From: an uncultured Pseudomonadota bacterium
GTDB taxonomy: Bacteria; Vulcanimicrobiota; Vulcanimicrobiia; Eremiobacterales; Eremiobacteraceae
Length of the DNA stretch: 64,000 nucleotides
Direction of reading: 5' to 3'
Assembly: GCA_963736005.1 (NCBI GenBank)
Contig: CAVTNB010000002.1
Coordinates: 161,364 to 225,363 of the forward strand
Shown one piece after another: positions 54,416 to 64,000 of this stretch. The notes below the pieces were generated by a model. It was not told where the DNA came from, made no database searches, and worked only from the letters and a program-made list of their open reading frames with translations. Positions within the stretch are counted from its first letter, which is position 1; the number at the start of each line of letters is the position of its first letter. The position numbers were made by a program, and so were the translations under genes.

Positions 54416-55921
54416 TTATTTGGCGGTTCCGGTCGCAAAGCGCGCCACTTCTTCTTGGGTTGCCTCGCCGCGATTGAAAACATGCACGATACTGCCGTTG
54501 CGCATCACGCCGATGCGCATCGACATGCCAAGGACCTCCGGCAGGTCCGAGGATGCCATCAAAATGCCTGTGCCCGACTTCGCAAGCTCGACCATGAGAT
54601 CGTAGATTTCAGCTTTCGCCCCCACGTCAATGCCACGCGTCGGCTCATCAAAACAGATGAACTTGGATTTCTTCAGCAGCCACTTCGCCAAGACGACTTT
54701 TTGTTGGTTGCCGCCTGAAAGGTTCTTAACCAATTGCTCAAGCGATGGGGTTCGGATGTGCAATTCGGTCGCAAGGTTGGCGACGCTCTTTGTTTCTTCC
54801 CCTCGCTCGATGTGGCCGTAGTGCACGAACTCTTCCAAGTGCGGTAGCGTCACATTTTCGCGAACGCTCATGCCCAAGATGAGGCCCTGAGTCTTGCGAT
54901 CTTCTGTGACCAGAGCGATCCCGGCCTCGATCGCATCATGCGGTCCGCGCAAATGTAAGATGTCGCCTTCGAGCATGACGCTGCCAGAAGCGTAAGAGTC
55001 TGCACCCGCGATGGCACGCAGCAGAGAGGTTCGACCCGAACCCACAAGACCGGCGAGGCCAAAAATTTCACCCGGATAGACGTCGAGCGAAACATTGTTG
55101 ATTCGGCCAGGTGTGGTAAGGTTGCGCACGGACAGGAGCGTGTGCTCCCGAGGCGGGTCCGCTGGGAGCTCAGGAAAGTGCGCGGCCAGGCTCCGGCCGA
55201 CCATCAGCTTGATCAGGTCGTCCGTAGAAAAGGCGCTCACACTATCGGTCTTCACGTGCTTGCCGTCGCGGAACACCGTAATGCGGTCGGCGATCTGAAA
55301 GACCTCTTCCAAGCGGTGCGAGATGTACACGATGCCGACACCCTGCGCCTTGAGGGTGCGGATGATCTCGAACAACTTGAGCACTTCGTCTTCGGTGAGC
55401 GCGGCCGTGGGTTCGTCCATGACGATCACGCGCGCTTGCGTGGAGAGCGCCTTTGCGATTTCCACCATCTGCTGCTGCGCAACCGAGAGCCGGCGTACTT
55501 CCGCGTTGAGAGGTAATTCGACGCCCAAACGTCCGAGCGCGGCTGCAGCGCGAGCATTCAGTTCTTTCCAATCAACGGCAATCCCATGCGTGGGCTCGCG
55601 CCCCAACATGATATTCTCCGCCACCGAAAGGTACGGAACCAAGTTGAACTCTTGGTAAATGACGGCGATGCCCAAGAGTTCGGCTTGGCGGGGAGAGGTA
55701 AGCGTGATCGGCTTGCCGTCGAGAAGTATTTGACCGGAGTCAGCCCGGACCGCGCCGGCGAGGATTCTAACCAGCGTGGATTTGCCCGCCCCGTTTTCGC
55801 CCACCAGCGCGTGCACTTCGCCCGATCGAATGTCAAGCGAAACCCCATCGAGCGCTTGAACCCCCGGGTACGCCTTCGATATGTCGCGGACTGCGAGAAA
55901 CGGTTCGGCAGTCGACTGCAT
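54416..55921 (-). CDS. rbsA: Monosaccharide ABC ATPase, duplicated NBD (RbsA-like)
   Basis: GENGAGKST, MDEPT, ISHRL, LSGGNQQKV, DEPTRGIDVGAK. Confidence 0.93.
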   Translation of the reverse strand: MQSTAEPFLAVRDISKAYPGVQALDGVSLDIRSGEVHALVGENGAGKSTLVRILAGAVRADSGQILLDGKPITLTSPRQAELLGIAVIYQEFNLVPYLSVAENIMLGREPTHGIAVDWKELNARAAAALGRLGVELPLNAEVRRLSVAQQQMVEIAKALSTQARVIVMDEPTAALTEDEVLKLFEIIRTLKAQGVGIVYISHRLEEVFQIADRITVFRDGKHVKTDSVSAFSTDDLIKLMVGRSLAAHFPELPADPPREHTLLSVRNLTTPGRINNVSLDVYPGEIFGLAGLVGSGRTSLLRAIAGADSYASGSVMLEGDILHLRGPHDAIEAGIALVTEDRKTQGLILGMSVRENVTLPHLEEFVHYGHIERGEETKSVANLATELHIRTPSLEQLVKNLSGGNQQKVVLAKWLLKKSKFICFDEPTRGIDVGAKAEIYDLMVELAKSGTGILMASSDLPEVLGMSMRIGVMRNGSIVHVFNRGEATQEEVARFATGTAK

Positions 55922-55963
55922 CGTGTTGGGCGTTTCTTTACCGCTTGTCGTCGCCCAGTCGGT

Positions 55964-56909
55964 TCAGCTCTTCTTGGCCGTGTACGCGCCCACGGTGACC
56001 GGGATGTACTTCGGCGGCGTTTGACCACTGAAGTACGCATGGATCTGGTCGATGGTTAATTTCCCGATTTGATCTGGATGCTGCTCGGGATCTCCAGCCA
56101 TTTGGCCAGCATCGATCGCCTTTTGCGCTTCTGGTGTTGCGTCGTAACCGACGATCTTGACCTTCCCGAGCTTGCCCGCGGATTTAATTGACTGGAGAGC
56201 ACCGAGCGCCGAGTCATCGTTGATCCCAAAAACGCCGCTGAGGTTTGGATAGGTTTGCAACAAGTTATCCATCACCGTGGATGCTTGCACGCGATCGCCA
56301 CCTGCTGTCTGATCGGCCACGATTTTGATCTGCGGATATTTTGCCGCAAGCTCTTCTCGGAAACCCTTGACGCGATCTTGAACCGAGGTCACTTCCGGCT
56401 GATCGATGATGGCCACCGTGCCTTGACCGCCAAGGGCGGCGCCGAGGAGATCGGCTGCCACCTTGCCACCTTGGACGTTGTCTGAGGCGACGTGGGAAAC
56501 AACAGTGCCAACTTTTGACGTGCTGGCGATATCCGCTGTAAAGACGGGTACGTTGGCGTTATTTGCCTCAACAATCGCTGGACCGACGGCCTTGGAGTCG
56601 ACCGGCGCGAGGACGATTGCGTTGACGCGCTTGCTCAGAAAGTCTTCGACTTGTGATGTCTGTCTTGCCTGATCGCGATTGGCATCAGTGAAGATGATGG
56701 CGTAGCCGTACTTGCTGGCCTCGTCTTTCATGCCTTTCTGCATCGCAACGTAGAATTGGGCTTGCAAATCTTGGATGGAGACGCCGATTGTTTTGCTTGC
56801 ACTGCTGCTCGACGCCACTCGAGGAGCCGCTTGAGTTCTGATTCTGAGTGCACCCCGCGAGAATGGCGCAACCCAAGGCAACACAAATGGCGGCCTGAAA
56901 TTTATTCAA
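55964..56909 (-). CDS. rbsB: Monosaccharide ABC substrate-binding lipoprotein (RbsB-like); frameshift near 56815
   Basis: TTG at 56909 with GGGGG RBS, LAG-C lipobox; VASDN.QGG, R.KGF, NDDSALGA, VGYD; substrate not determinable. Confidence 0.82.
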
Positions 56910-57078
56910 TGTGAACCCCCTAAGAGCATATCTTGCGCTGGGCGGATGAACGCTCGTTCCCCAAATGGAACGGGCTCTATCCACATTAATTCGCCGGAGC
57001 CGTGTGGATATGTGGATAGAGTTGTTCCGTTTCGTTAACACGCGGTTAACAGCGAACATTTGGACGATCGCAGCAAAC

Positions 57079-57336
57079 CTACTGCCACGCTATTTCGTCG
57101 ATAAAGCACCATTTCCAGTTCTCACCGGGTTGGAACGACCGGATGATGGGATGTTTGGTCGCATGGAAGTGCTTCGTGGCGTGTTTGTTGGGCGACGAAT
57201 CGCAGCAGCCAACGTGGCCGCATTCCAAGCACTCCCGCAGGTGCACCCATTGGGCCCCGATCTTGAGGCAATCTTCGCAACCTTGCGAACTGGCTTTGAC
57301 ATCTCTGATCTGATCGAGATGAGTACAGATTGGCAC
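57079..57336 (-). CDS. Stand-alone UBP-type zinc finger protein
   Basis: CTHL...GCEDCL...WVHLRECLECGHVGCCDSSPNKHATKH...W.WCFIDE. Confidence 0.9.
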   Translation of the reverse strand: MPICTHLDQIRDVKASSQGCEDCLKIGAQWVHLRECLECGHVGCCDSSPNKHATKHFHATKHPIIRSFQPGENWKWCFIDEIAWQ

Positions 57337-57418
57337 GGCCGCTAGTGCTTCGCCTCTCGGTCCGCGATTTCTTGTGTCCAACTTAACCGCTGCCTCCAAA
57401 CACGTGATAGAGCGCGTG

Positions 57419-58956
57419 ATGCTGGCCATCGGTTACTCTGTCGCCTTGCGCGGCATTGAGGCGTATCTCGTGCGAGTTGAGGTGGTCGGAGTGCCAACCA
57501 CGGACGCGGGCATTCATATCGTTGGTCTGGCGGACCGTGCTATCCAGGAGGCAAAGGAGCGCGTCAACGCAGCGGTTCGTTCGTGCGGCTTTCTCTTTCC
57601 AACGTATAAGATCGTGGTCAATCTCGCACCCGCAAACATCCGCAAGGAGGGCGCTGGCTTTGACGTTTCACTCGCGCTCACGATCCTCGCGATGGATCAA
57701 CAACTCGAGGCGGCGCGGTTGCGAGATATCGTTTGCTGTAGGGGAACTCGCGCTCGATGGAGCCGTCAAGTCCGTCGGCGGTGTGCTTCCCGCTGCTATC
57801 GGCGCAAGAAGTGCCGGATTCTCGAAGCTTTTGTTGCCAGCCGAGAATCTACCGGAAGCTGCGTTGGTTGAAGGACTCCTGTTGTATCCGGTGAGGACCC
57901 TGCAGCAAGCCGTGCAGGTGGCGCTCGGGTTGAGCGACTTGGGCGTGAGGAGCGGTGGCGATGCCGCTACGTTTGAACCCGAATCGCTGAGCTACGTCGA
58001 GGACTTAGAGGACGTGCGCGGTCAGGATCGCGCAAAGCGTGCCATGGAAGTTGCCGCAGCGGGTGGTCACAATCTCCTGATGATTGGCGCGCCTGGCAGC
58101 GGCAAGACGATGCTCGCGCGACGCATGCCCTCGATCATGCCAGTCGATGACCCGCGCCGAGGCGCTCGAGGTAACCAAACTTTACAGCGTAAGCGGACTC
58201 TTGCGCCAAAAATCACGCTTGGTCACTACGCGACCCTTTCGCGCGCCGCATCATACCGTGAGCTCGACCGCATTGGTCGGCGGTGGCTCCAATCCTCGAC
58301 CGGGTGAAGTCTCGCTCGCCCATCGTGGCGTTCTTTTTCTCGATGAGCTTCCGGAATTTCCGCGCTCTGCGCTCGAAGTGCTGCGCCAACCGCTTGAAGA
58401 TTGCTTCGTGACGGTGTGCCGCGCAGCCAGCACGGTGACCTATCCCGCGAGCTTTATGTTGGTTGCAAGCTTGAATCCGTGTCCGTGCGGATACAGCGGC
58501 GATCGCCTACGAGGCTGCGTCTGTTCGCCGCACATGATTCGCAAGTATCTCTCAAAACTTTCGGGTCCCTTGCTCGATCGCATTGACATTCACGTGGAAG
58601 TGCCGCGAGTGCCTTACGAGGACATCGCGAGGCCATCGCTCGGTGAGCCCTCTAGCGGTGTTCGTCTGCGCGTCGAGCAGGCCCGAACGCTGCAGCGCGA
58701 GCGCTTGGGCGGAGAAGGCTGCAACGCCGCGATGCCAGCAAAGAAGTTGCGCGATTTCTGCGCACTTGATGACGCTGGAAGATCCCTGTTGGCAGCAGCC
58801 GTTTCGAGACTGCATTTGTCTGCGCGAGCGCACGATAGGATTTTGCGCGTTGCTCGCACGATTGCGGATCTCTCAGGCGCGACGCGGGTGGCAAGCGAGC
58901 ACCTCGCCGAGGCAATTGGCTATCGCAGCTTAGATCGCTCCCTTGGGCCGCTTTAA
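57419..58956 (+). CDS. comM: YifB/ComM Mg-chelatase-like AAA+ ATPase; frameshifts near 57738 and 58143
   Basis: IVGL.D..I.EAKERV, VNLAPA.IRKEG, GAPGSGKTMLARR, RPFRAPHH, PGEVSLAH.GVLFLDE, NPCPCG, SGPLLDRID. Confidence 0.93.
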
Positions 58957-60440
58957 TGGCCTGAAGGCCCAGAATCGTTCGTCACTACATCAGGCGCATA
59001 TTTGCCTCTGAGAACGCTGATCACATCAAACGCAACGTACAAGACGATGCATAACATGGCTAGTTCCCTTACCCGCCATGGAGAGCCGTAGACCGTGCTG
59101 CCCACGGTGCTTAAGACAAGCGTCCACAGGATGAGGAACGTGGCGGTGTAGCTTTTTGCCCTTATCGCATACGGTAGAGACCATGCCAGATAGGTTGAAG
59201 ATATCCTTACAGGCAGTGCGCAAAAGCTCCACGCAGCGCTGCGAAAAAATCGTTGCCGATGGTGGCTAATACAGGGGCCACAGCACAAGAAACTTAGCCG
59301 TGTAGCTTCTGGCTTTGAGCGCATAGGGCAGTGACCATACTAAATAAGATGAAGACAGCCTGACAGGCGCAAAAATTCCAAGCGGCGCTGCGAAAAAAGC
59401 GCCCAAAAACCACCGCGACGATACTGCGACTATCTCAACCGCGACCATCAAATGCAACAGCGCTATACCCAATGGATAGACTTCGTGATCTTTATCGCTG
59501 TTCGCTTGCCGAACCAACATCTAGGAAATAGCTTTTCCCGCCGAACCACCACGAAACGAGCAAACAACCAACAACTGCTAGGCCGAAAAGCAGCAGCCGC
59601 TTTTTCAAAGCTTGGTCGTAACAAAAACCAATGCGCTGATGAAGAGAAAACTGATCTTCACCAAACCTGAGGCCGCTGCCAGCGCCACTCCTAGAACTGG
59701 CCTGCGGGCGATCACCGCCATCGCAGCAACCACGAGAAGCACCGCAAACAGATCATTGTGCCCCATAATGACGAACGAATAGTAAATGGCTGGATTGATT
59801 GCAAACAAGGCCAGGACGCGCATAATCTTTACGGATATTCGCCACGCAGAGAATAAGCAATCCCAGACGTTGCAAGATTGAGGAGTCGTAATGCCAAGAT
59901 TGCTTGGCCAGCGTGCTGCTCCACATAACGGCCAACTTGCTCATCCCGACCCATAATGGACCATACACGCAGGGGCGAATAGGGTTTCCCCATTGCGCGT
60001 TGATGATCGCGAAGTCACCGGCAAAAAGAGCGAGTCGGGCGGCGCGTATGCGCTCAGCCCTAGTTTTGCGTATCCAATGTACGCGTAGATGTCTGCGCTG
60101 GTAAATTTGACTTGCAGCGAGACGAAAATCATCGCAACGATCGGATAACTGCAAGACTCATTTTGGCGCTCGCATGCAGGCGACCGGGCGGTGAACGTTA
60201 CGGTAGATCAGATACAAACACAACGTCTGCGCGATGATGAGCGCAAGAATATCCAGCAGTTGATTGGGTGACGTCGCGGTCGCGTTTGCGATTGGGATGG
60301 GGAGATTGGCAATGTAGCGTGGATAGTGCGTCGAGTGCAACTCTGCGAAGGTTGGCGTACTCGCGCGGGTCAAAAGGTCGATGATGCGCATGTGGACATG
60401 CAAACAAAAGAACTAGCAATGGCGGCCAAAGCCATCCGAC
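58953..60440 (-). CDS. GT-C-fold polyprenyl-phosphate-sugar-dependent glycosyltransferase (MptA/MptB-like); multiple frameshifts, start uncertain
   Basis: Fragments SADIYAYIGY, PCVYGPLW, FAINP...GHND...V, LVK, YL.WSLP within many TM segments. Confidence 0.65.
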
Positions 60441-60469
60441 GAGCCTTGCGGCAGCCGAAAAAATGGAGC

Positions 60470-60837
60470 CTATGGCACGTCCGCTGGCCAGTGCTGCATA
60501 CCCGGGGCGGCATGCGAGATGCTCGTGACGTGGAAGACGCCGTCTGATCCGCGCTGCCCGTACACCGGTGACTGGATGGTTGACTGGCAAGACACCCGTT
60601 AGGCCGGCGCGCCTTGCTGGCGCAATATCGACCAAGAGATATTTTCCATCGTGCAGTCTCAAGGTAAGCTTGTTCCCATCGACAGCCATGATCACTCCCG
60701 TGTAGTAATGATCAAATGCTAGCCGCATTGGCAGCCGGTTGCGTTGCGTCAGCACCTGCTTGGCGTGCACCGAGCACCAAAACCAAGCTGAGGGCCACAC
60801 AGAGCGTTGCCGATCTAACCAACGTTTTGCGTTTCAT
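60470..60837 (-). CDS. Small secreted OB-fold/DUF5666-like protein; two frameshifts
   Basis: [24 protein letters not shown] leader; [17 protein letters not shown]...VD...[18 protein letters not shown]...WPADVP*. Confidence 0.6.
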
Positions 60838-60846
60838 GCCTTCACC

Positions 60847-63800
60847 TCAGTGCAGCAGGCCGAAAACAGTTAGGGTATTGGTGGCGCCGACAAAGACCCG
60901 TCCATTTGCCACTATCGGAGAAACGAACGGATTTTGGTGTTTGTTCGACCAGGTACCGGCATTGCCCGTAAAAAGTGGGTTGGTGATGTTGGTTGCGTCA
61001 TAGGCCTGCAGGGTGACAGTGGACCCTCGCTGGGCAACCCAGACGATGCCCGTTCCAGTCTGCGATCCGTTCGACGAAACTACGGGCGATGAGCCACCAA
61101 ACCCACCGTTGCCCGTAGCAGTCTGAAAAAGCGACAGTTGCGAACCGTTGAACGTGAAGCTCCGCAACGAGTGGTCGTTGCTTTGGTAGTAGACGTATTG
61201 CACACCGCCGGGACCGCTGAAGTACGCGGGTCCACCCCATGTACCGTCCAAGTCCTGAAAAATCTGCAGAGCTCCCGAGTCGTTTGACGTCATGCCTCCC
61301 AAGCTAGACTGGTTCAGCAAGAATATACGCCCCTCTTTGCCCTTTGAAACTATGTCATTTGAGCCCGGGATAATCATGACGCCGCCGGCGCCCTGATCCG
61401 TGTCGTTCGTGTTCAGCGTAGCAAAATCTGCCGGTGTGAACCAAGTCAATACCCTGCTGAGATCGGGGGTGAGCTTGACAACGGTTTCGCCGTAGTTTTT
61501 GCCGCCAGTGTTCGCATCGAACGGTCCGTTCCCAGTCGCGAAAAAGATGTTTCCGCTTGCGTCAGCAACGCTCGCGTACCCCGACATCCAAATACTGGCC
61601 AGGCTCTGGGACGCGGGGTCATCTTCGGTGTTGAAAGTGCTGAGCAGATTCAGCGACGTATCGTAACGTAGCATCCAGCCGGTCACAACGGTGACGCGAT
61701 CGTCGCAGTGCGAGCCGATGCCAACGTAAACCCACCCGTTGCTCATAAACAAGCTCGTTCTGCTCATCTGATGTTGCGCGTCGAGGTGAATCATCGATCC
61801 GTTGGTCAGCAAGGCACTTGGATTGATTTCAACTGCGGTTTTTTGGTCCGCACCGGTGCCGATGTCGACTGCATGCAATTGCGTATGGAAGACGCCTCCC
61901 ACCTCGGTTGCTGCGACGAAATAAATCGTTCCGCTTCCCGCGCCCGTTCGGTTGATGACGGGCGTGCTCGTGATCCCATATTCGGGCGTGATATCTCCGC
62001 AACCGACGGAAGACCAGTATTGCGACGGACCGTAATTCACGTGCCAAATTTGTTGTAGCGAATCGGCATCGAACGCATAGATACTATTGTGCTCGGTAGC
62101 AACAATGACGAGATTATGGGTGCCTTGACCTGGCACTTGATAATTGCCGACGAACAACGGCTGGGCCATGACGTTCCCATCGACCTTTAGCTGCCCCACC
62201 TGGCCGAAATTACTGGACGCGACGTTGCTCGTAGTCAATTTCGTTTCTTGCGAATCCCATCCCGTCCGCAGGTTATTGTTATGGAACGTTGTCATGTCAG
62301 CCGAGCTGGAAGTCGGTGACGGCGATGCGCTTGGCGACTGTGACGGTGACGGACTCGGTGACGGCGATCCCGTCAGGCTGATCTGACTTGCGACGATGTT
62401 ATCTTTACTGCACGTTCCGGTTCCAAAGATAGTTATATTGCTGCCCACAACAATCGCCGCTTGGCTTGGGACGAAGATGGTGTTGACATTGTACGCCACC
62501 TTAAAGTGGCCGCATGATGTTTGCGCGCCCGTTCCCTGCACGTAGTAGAAGGAGGAATCCCAACGATCGACTACCGCTTGTGCTACGGGACTACTCGAGG
62601 ACGACGGGGTCGGTGAGGGTGAGGGCGACGCACTCGGCGAGGGTGAGGGGCTCGGCGGCGGACTTGTTGACGAACCCACCGACAGACCTGAAACCGCGCC
62701 GGCGCCCGCGTCATACGAAAAGCTCTCCGTGCTGGATCCCAGGTTACGCGTATAAAATTTCACAACGAGTCTATCGGTAGCGCTTGCGGTCTGCGCACTT
62801 CCGGCCAATGTGTAGGTCAGTGATCCCGCGGTGCCCAGCGACTGCGTCAGATTCGGCAGATCAGCCACCAGGGCGAGGCCATTGTAGCCTGGGCCGCCGC
62901 TGCTGTTCACTCGAAAGATTTTTACTTCTCGAAGCTGCAACGACGCATTAGGCTGCGTAATATTCAATGTGACGACATAGTTTGTGGCGGGCCAACTCGT
63001 TAGGTTTGGCTCGTTCGGTCCGCTCACCCAACCCCAGCTGCTATTGTTTGGGCTCACCTTATAGGTGAGCGTTTCGTTCGTGAGAGTGCCGATGGGGCTC
63101 GGATCCATCTGTTGCGAAACGGCGCCGCTCTCTCCCGGCAATGTGTAAAACATTGCCGTTGGGCCTGCCATAGTGCCCGGTGTATACGTTGTGGTCCCAC
63201 TCGAAACAAGACGACGCAAGTTCGTTGGTAGCGGTTGCTTGGTTCCACCTCCGTGCGGGGAAACAACGACTCCAATCAGGGCGGGATTAAACGCTCCATG
63301 ATGCTGGGGCGCCTCTGGTTGCGGTGTGGGAGGCGGCACAAAAAGATAGTTCCCTATGGGCCGAGCGTGCGGATAGGGATGACGCGCGACATACGCGGCG
63401 ATCCCGCTCAATCTTGCTCTATCGTCGAGGTTAAACGAACTGGTGACAAACAATGCTCCGCCGCCAGCGTGCCATGCCTCAAGCGAACGGTCGTAAAACA
63501 GCTGGCTATATGTTGGCTTCATGGCGAGCGACCAAGCCACACCTGGCGTCGCAGCGGTTTGATCGGGGCCCTCGTAGGCTAGCAGCGCGAGGTGGCTGGC
63601 CCGTGCTAGGTCCAACGTGGCGCCTAAGTTCGTGAGCACGGCATTGGGCTGGTGTACTTGAATCAAGCGCCGATACATCGGTCGCACGGTTGATGGCAGC
63701 GCGGCTCCGCTCGGCACCGTTACGCGGGCAGCAACAGCGAACGCATTTGCATATTGACCTGCGGCGGCATAGGTAAGAATTTGATTATCAAGAGCCGCTT

Positions 63801-64000
63801 CGGGGCTCCCCGCTACCCCGAGCGGTCCGCTCAGAACGCGAGTCACCCGCGCCGAATCGAATCCGAATACTCGGTTGATAATGGTGAAGGCTTGGGCAGA
63901 GCGCAGCGAATACCAATCCAAGGCGGCTGTCTGACGGTCGCCGGCGAGTCGAAAGTTCGTTCCAGCCATCTGCGCATACGCGTTGTCTGCAGACCCCACC
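60847..64000 (-). CDS. Modular protein I (5' end off window): Z domain, Y domain, linker, DUF5666-like domain, linker, PQQ-type beta-propeller
   Basis: TTFHNNNLRTGW...ET.LT..NV...FG, VDG.V.AQPL, VATEHNS.YAFDA, GITSTPVI, ATGNG, F.SP.VANGRVFV; the N-terminal part matches protein B. Confidence 0.9.
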   Translation of the reverse strand, partial: VGSADNAYAQMAGTNFRLAGDRQTAALDWYSLRSAQAFTIINRVFGFDSARVTRVLSGPLGVAGSPEAALDNQILTYAAAGQYANAFAVAARVTVPSGAALPSTVRPMYRRLIQVHQPNAVLTNLGATLDLARASHLALLAYEGPDQTAATPGVAWSLAMKPTYSQLFYDRSLEAWHAGGGALFVTSSFNLDDRARLSGIAAYVARHPYPHARPIGNYLFVPPPTPQPEAPQHHGAFNPALIGVVVSPHGGGTKQPLPTNLRRLVSSGTTTYTPGTMAGPTAMFYTLPGESGAVSQQMDPSPIGTLTNETLTYKVSPNNSSWGWVSGPNEPNLTSWPATNYVVTLNITQPNASLQLREVKIFRVNSSGGPGYNGLALVADLPNLTQSLGTAGSLTYTLAGSAQTASATDRLVVKFYTRNLGSSTESFSYDAGAGAVSGLSVGSSTSPPPSPSPSPSASPSPSPTPSSSSSPVAQAVVDRWDSSFYYVQGTGAQTSCGHFKVAYNVNTIFVPSQAAIVVGSNITIFGTGTCSKDNIVASQISLTGSPSPSPSPSQSPSASPSPTSSSADMTTFHNNNLRTGWDSQETKLTTSNVASSNFGQVGQLKVDGNVMAQPLFVGNYQVPGQGTHNLVIVATEHNSIYAFDADSLQQIWHVNYGPSQYWSSVGCGDITPEYGITSTPVINRTGAGSGTIYFVAATEVGGVFHTQLHAVDIGTGADQKTAVEINPSALLTNGSMIHLDAQHQMSRTSLFMSNGWVYVGIGSHCDDRVTVVTGWMLRYDTSLNLLSTFNTEDDPASQSLASIWMSGYASVADASGNIFFATGNGPFDANTGGKNYGETVVKLTPDLSRVLTWFTPADFATLNTNDTDQGAGGVMIIPGSNDIVSKGKEGRIFLLNQSSLGGMTSNDSGALQIFQDLDGTWGGPAYFSGPGGVQYVYYQSNDHSLRSFTFNGSQLSLFQTATGNGGFGGSSPVVSSNGSQTGTGIVWVAQRGSTVTLQAYDATNITNPLFTGNAGTWSNKHQNPFVSPIVANGRVFVGATNTLTVFGLLH
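63222..63994. repeat. Long direct duplication, copy 2 (continues off the window)
   Basis: Matches 6073..6845. Confidence 0.95.

Noticed and set aside
41000..60840. Programmed frameshifting or true pseudogenes
   Set aside because: Indels are numerous, lack a shared slippery motif, and hit unrelated genes whose motifs remain intact

Overview
This is a bacterial window with three layers. The many Ser/Thr/Pro-linker lipoproteins suggest a soil lineage such as Ca. Eremiobacterota/Vulcanimicrobiota; that assignment is inference only. (1) A large Wza/Wzc-type surface-polysaccharide locus (~8.1-26.2 kb and 37.5-51.9 kb). It holds a priming sugar transferase, five GT4/GT-B proteins and one GT2, two sulfotransferases, an AsnB/WbpS-like amidotransferase, a full WbpA-B-E-D-I (UDP-ManNAc3NAcA) pathway, a PglF/WbpM dehydratase plus a second DegT aminotransferase, a Wzy/WaaL-like membrane protein, a pseudo-receiver, and a tandem pair of Pol-beta-type nucleotidyltransferases. 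(2) Nine secreted or lipoprotein genes, interleaved with and flanking that locus, built by shuffling a few modules on Pro-Thr/Pro-Ser linkers. W is a Cys-rich GHL15/GH114-like TIM barrel (6 copies). X is an ERW..K...DxDYH...ELHP OB-like domain (3). Y is an unrecognised ~175-aa ESGA.SQ..D...NETL.YK...WGWVSG domain (4). Z is a clan GH-A-like domain whose acid/base motif is altered in the one copy where it is visible (2). There are also DUF5666-like domains and a PQQ-type beta-propeller. Two near-identical DNA duplications show recent exchange, and several of these genes have upstream CRP/FNR-like boxes. (3) Housekeeping genes: USP, metF, a sugar ABC transporter, zf-UBP, comM and an MptB-like GT-C. 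Many 1-2 nt frameshifts between ~41 and 61 kb and inside the Pro-Thr repeat look like consensus errors rather than biology. The ORF track misses the partial gene at 1..2436 and splits the gene at 3328..7726. I found no RNA genes, CRISPR array or transposase.
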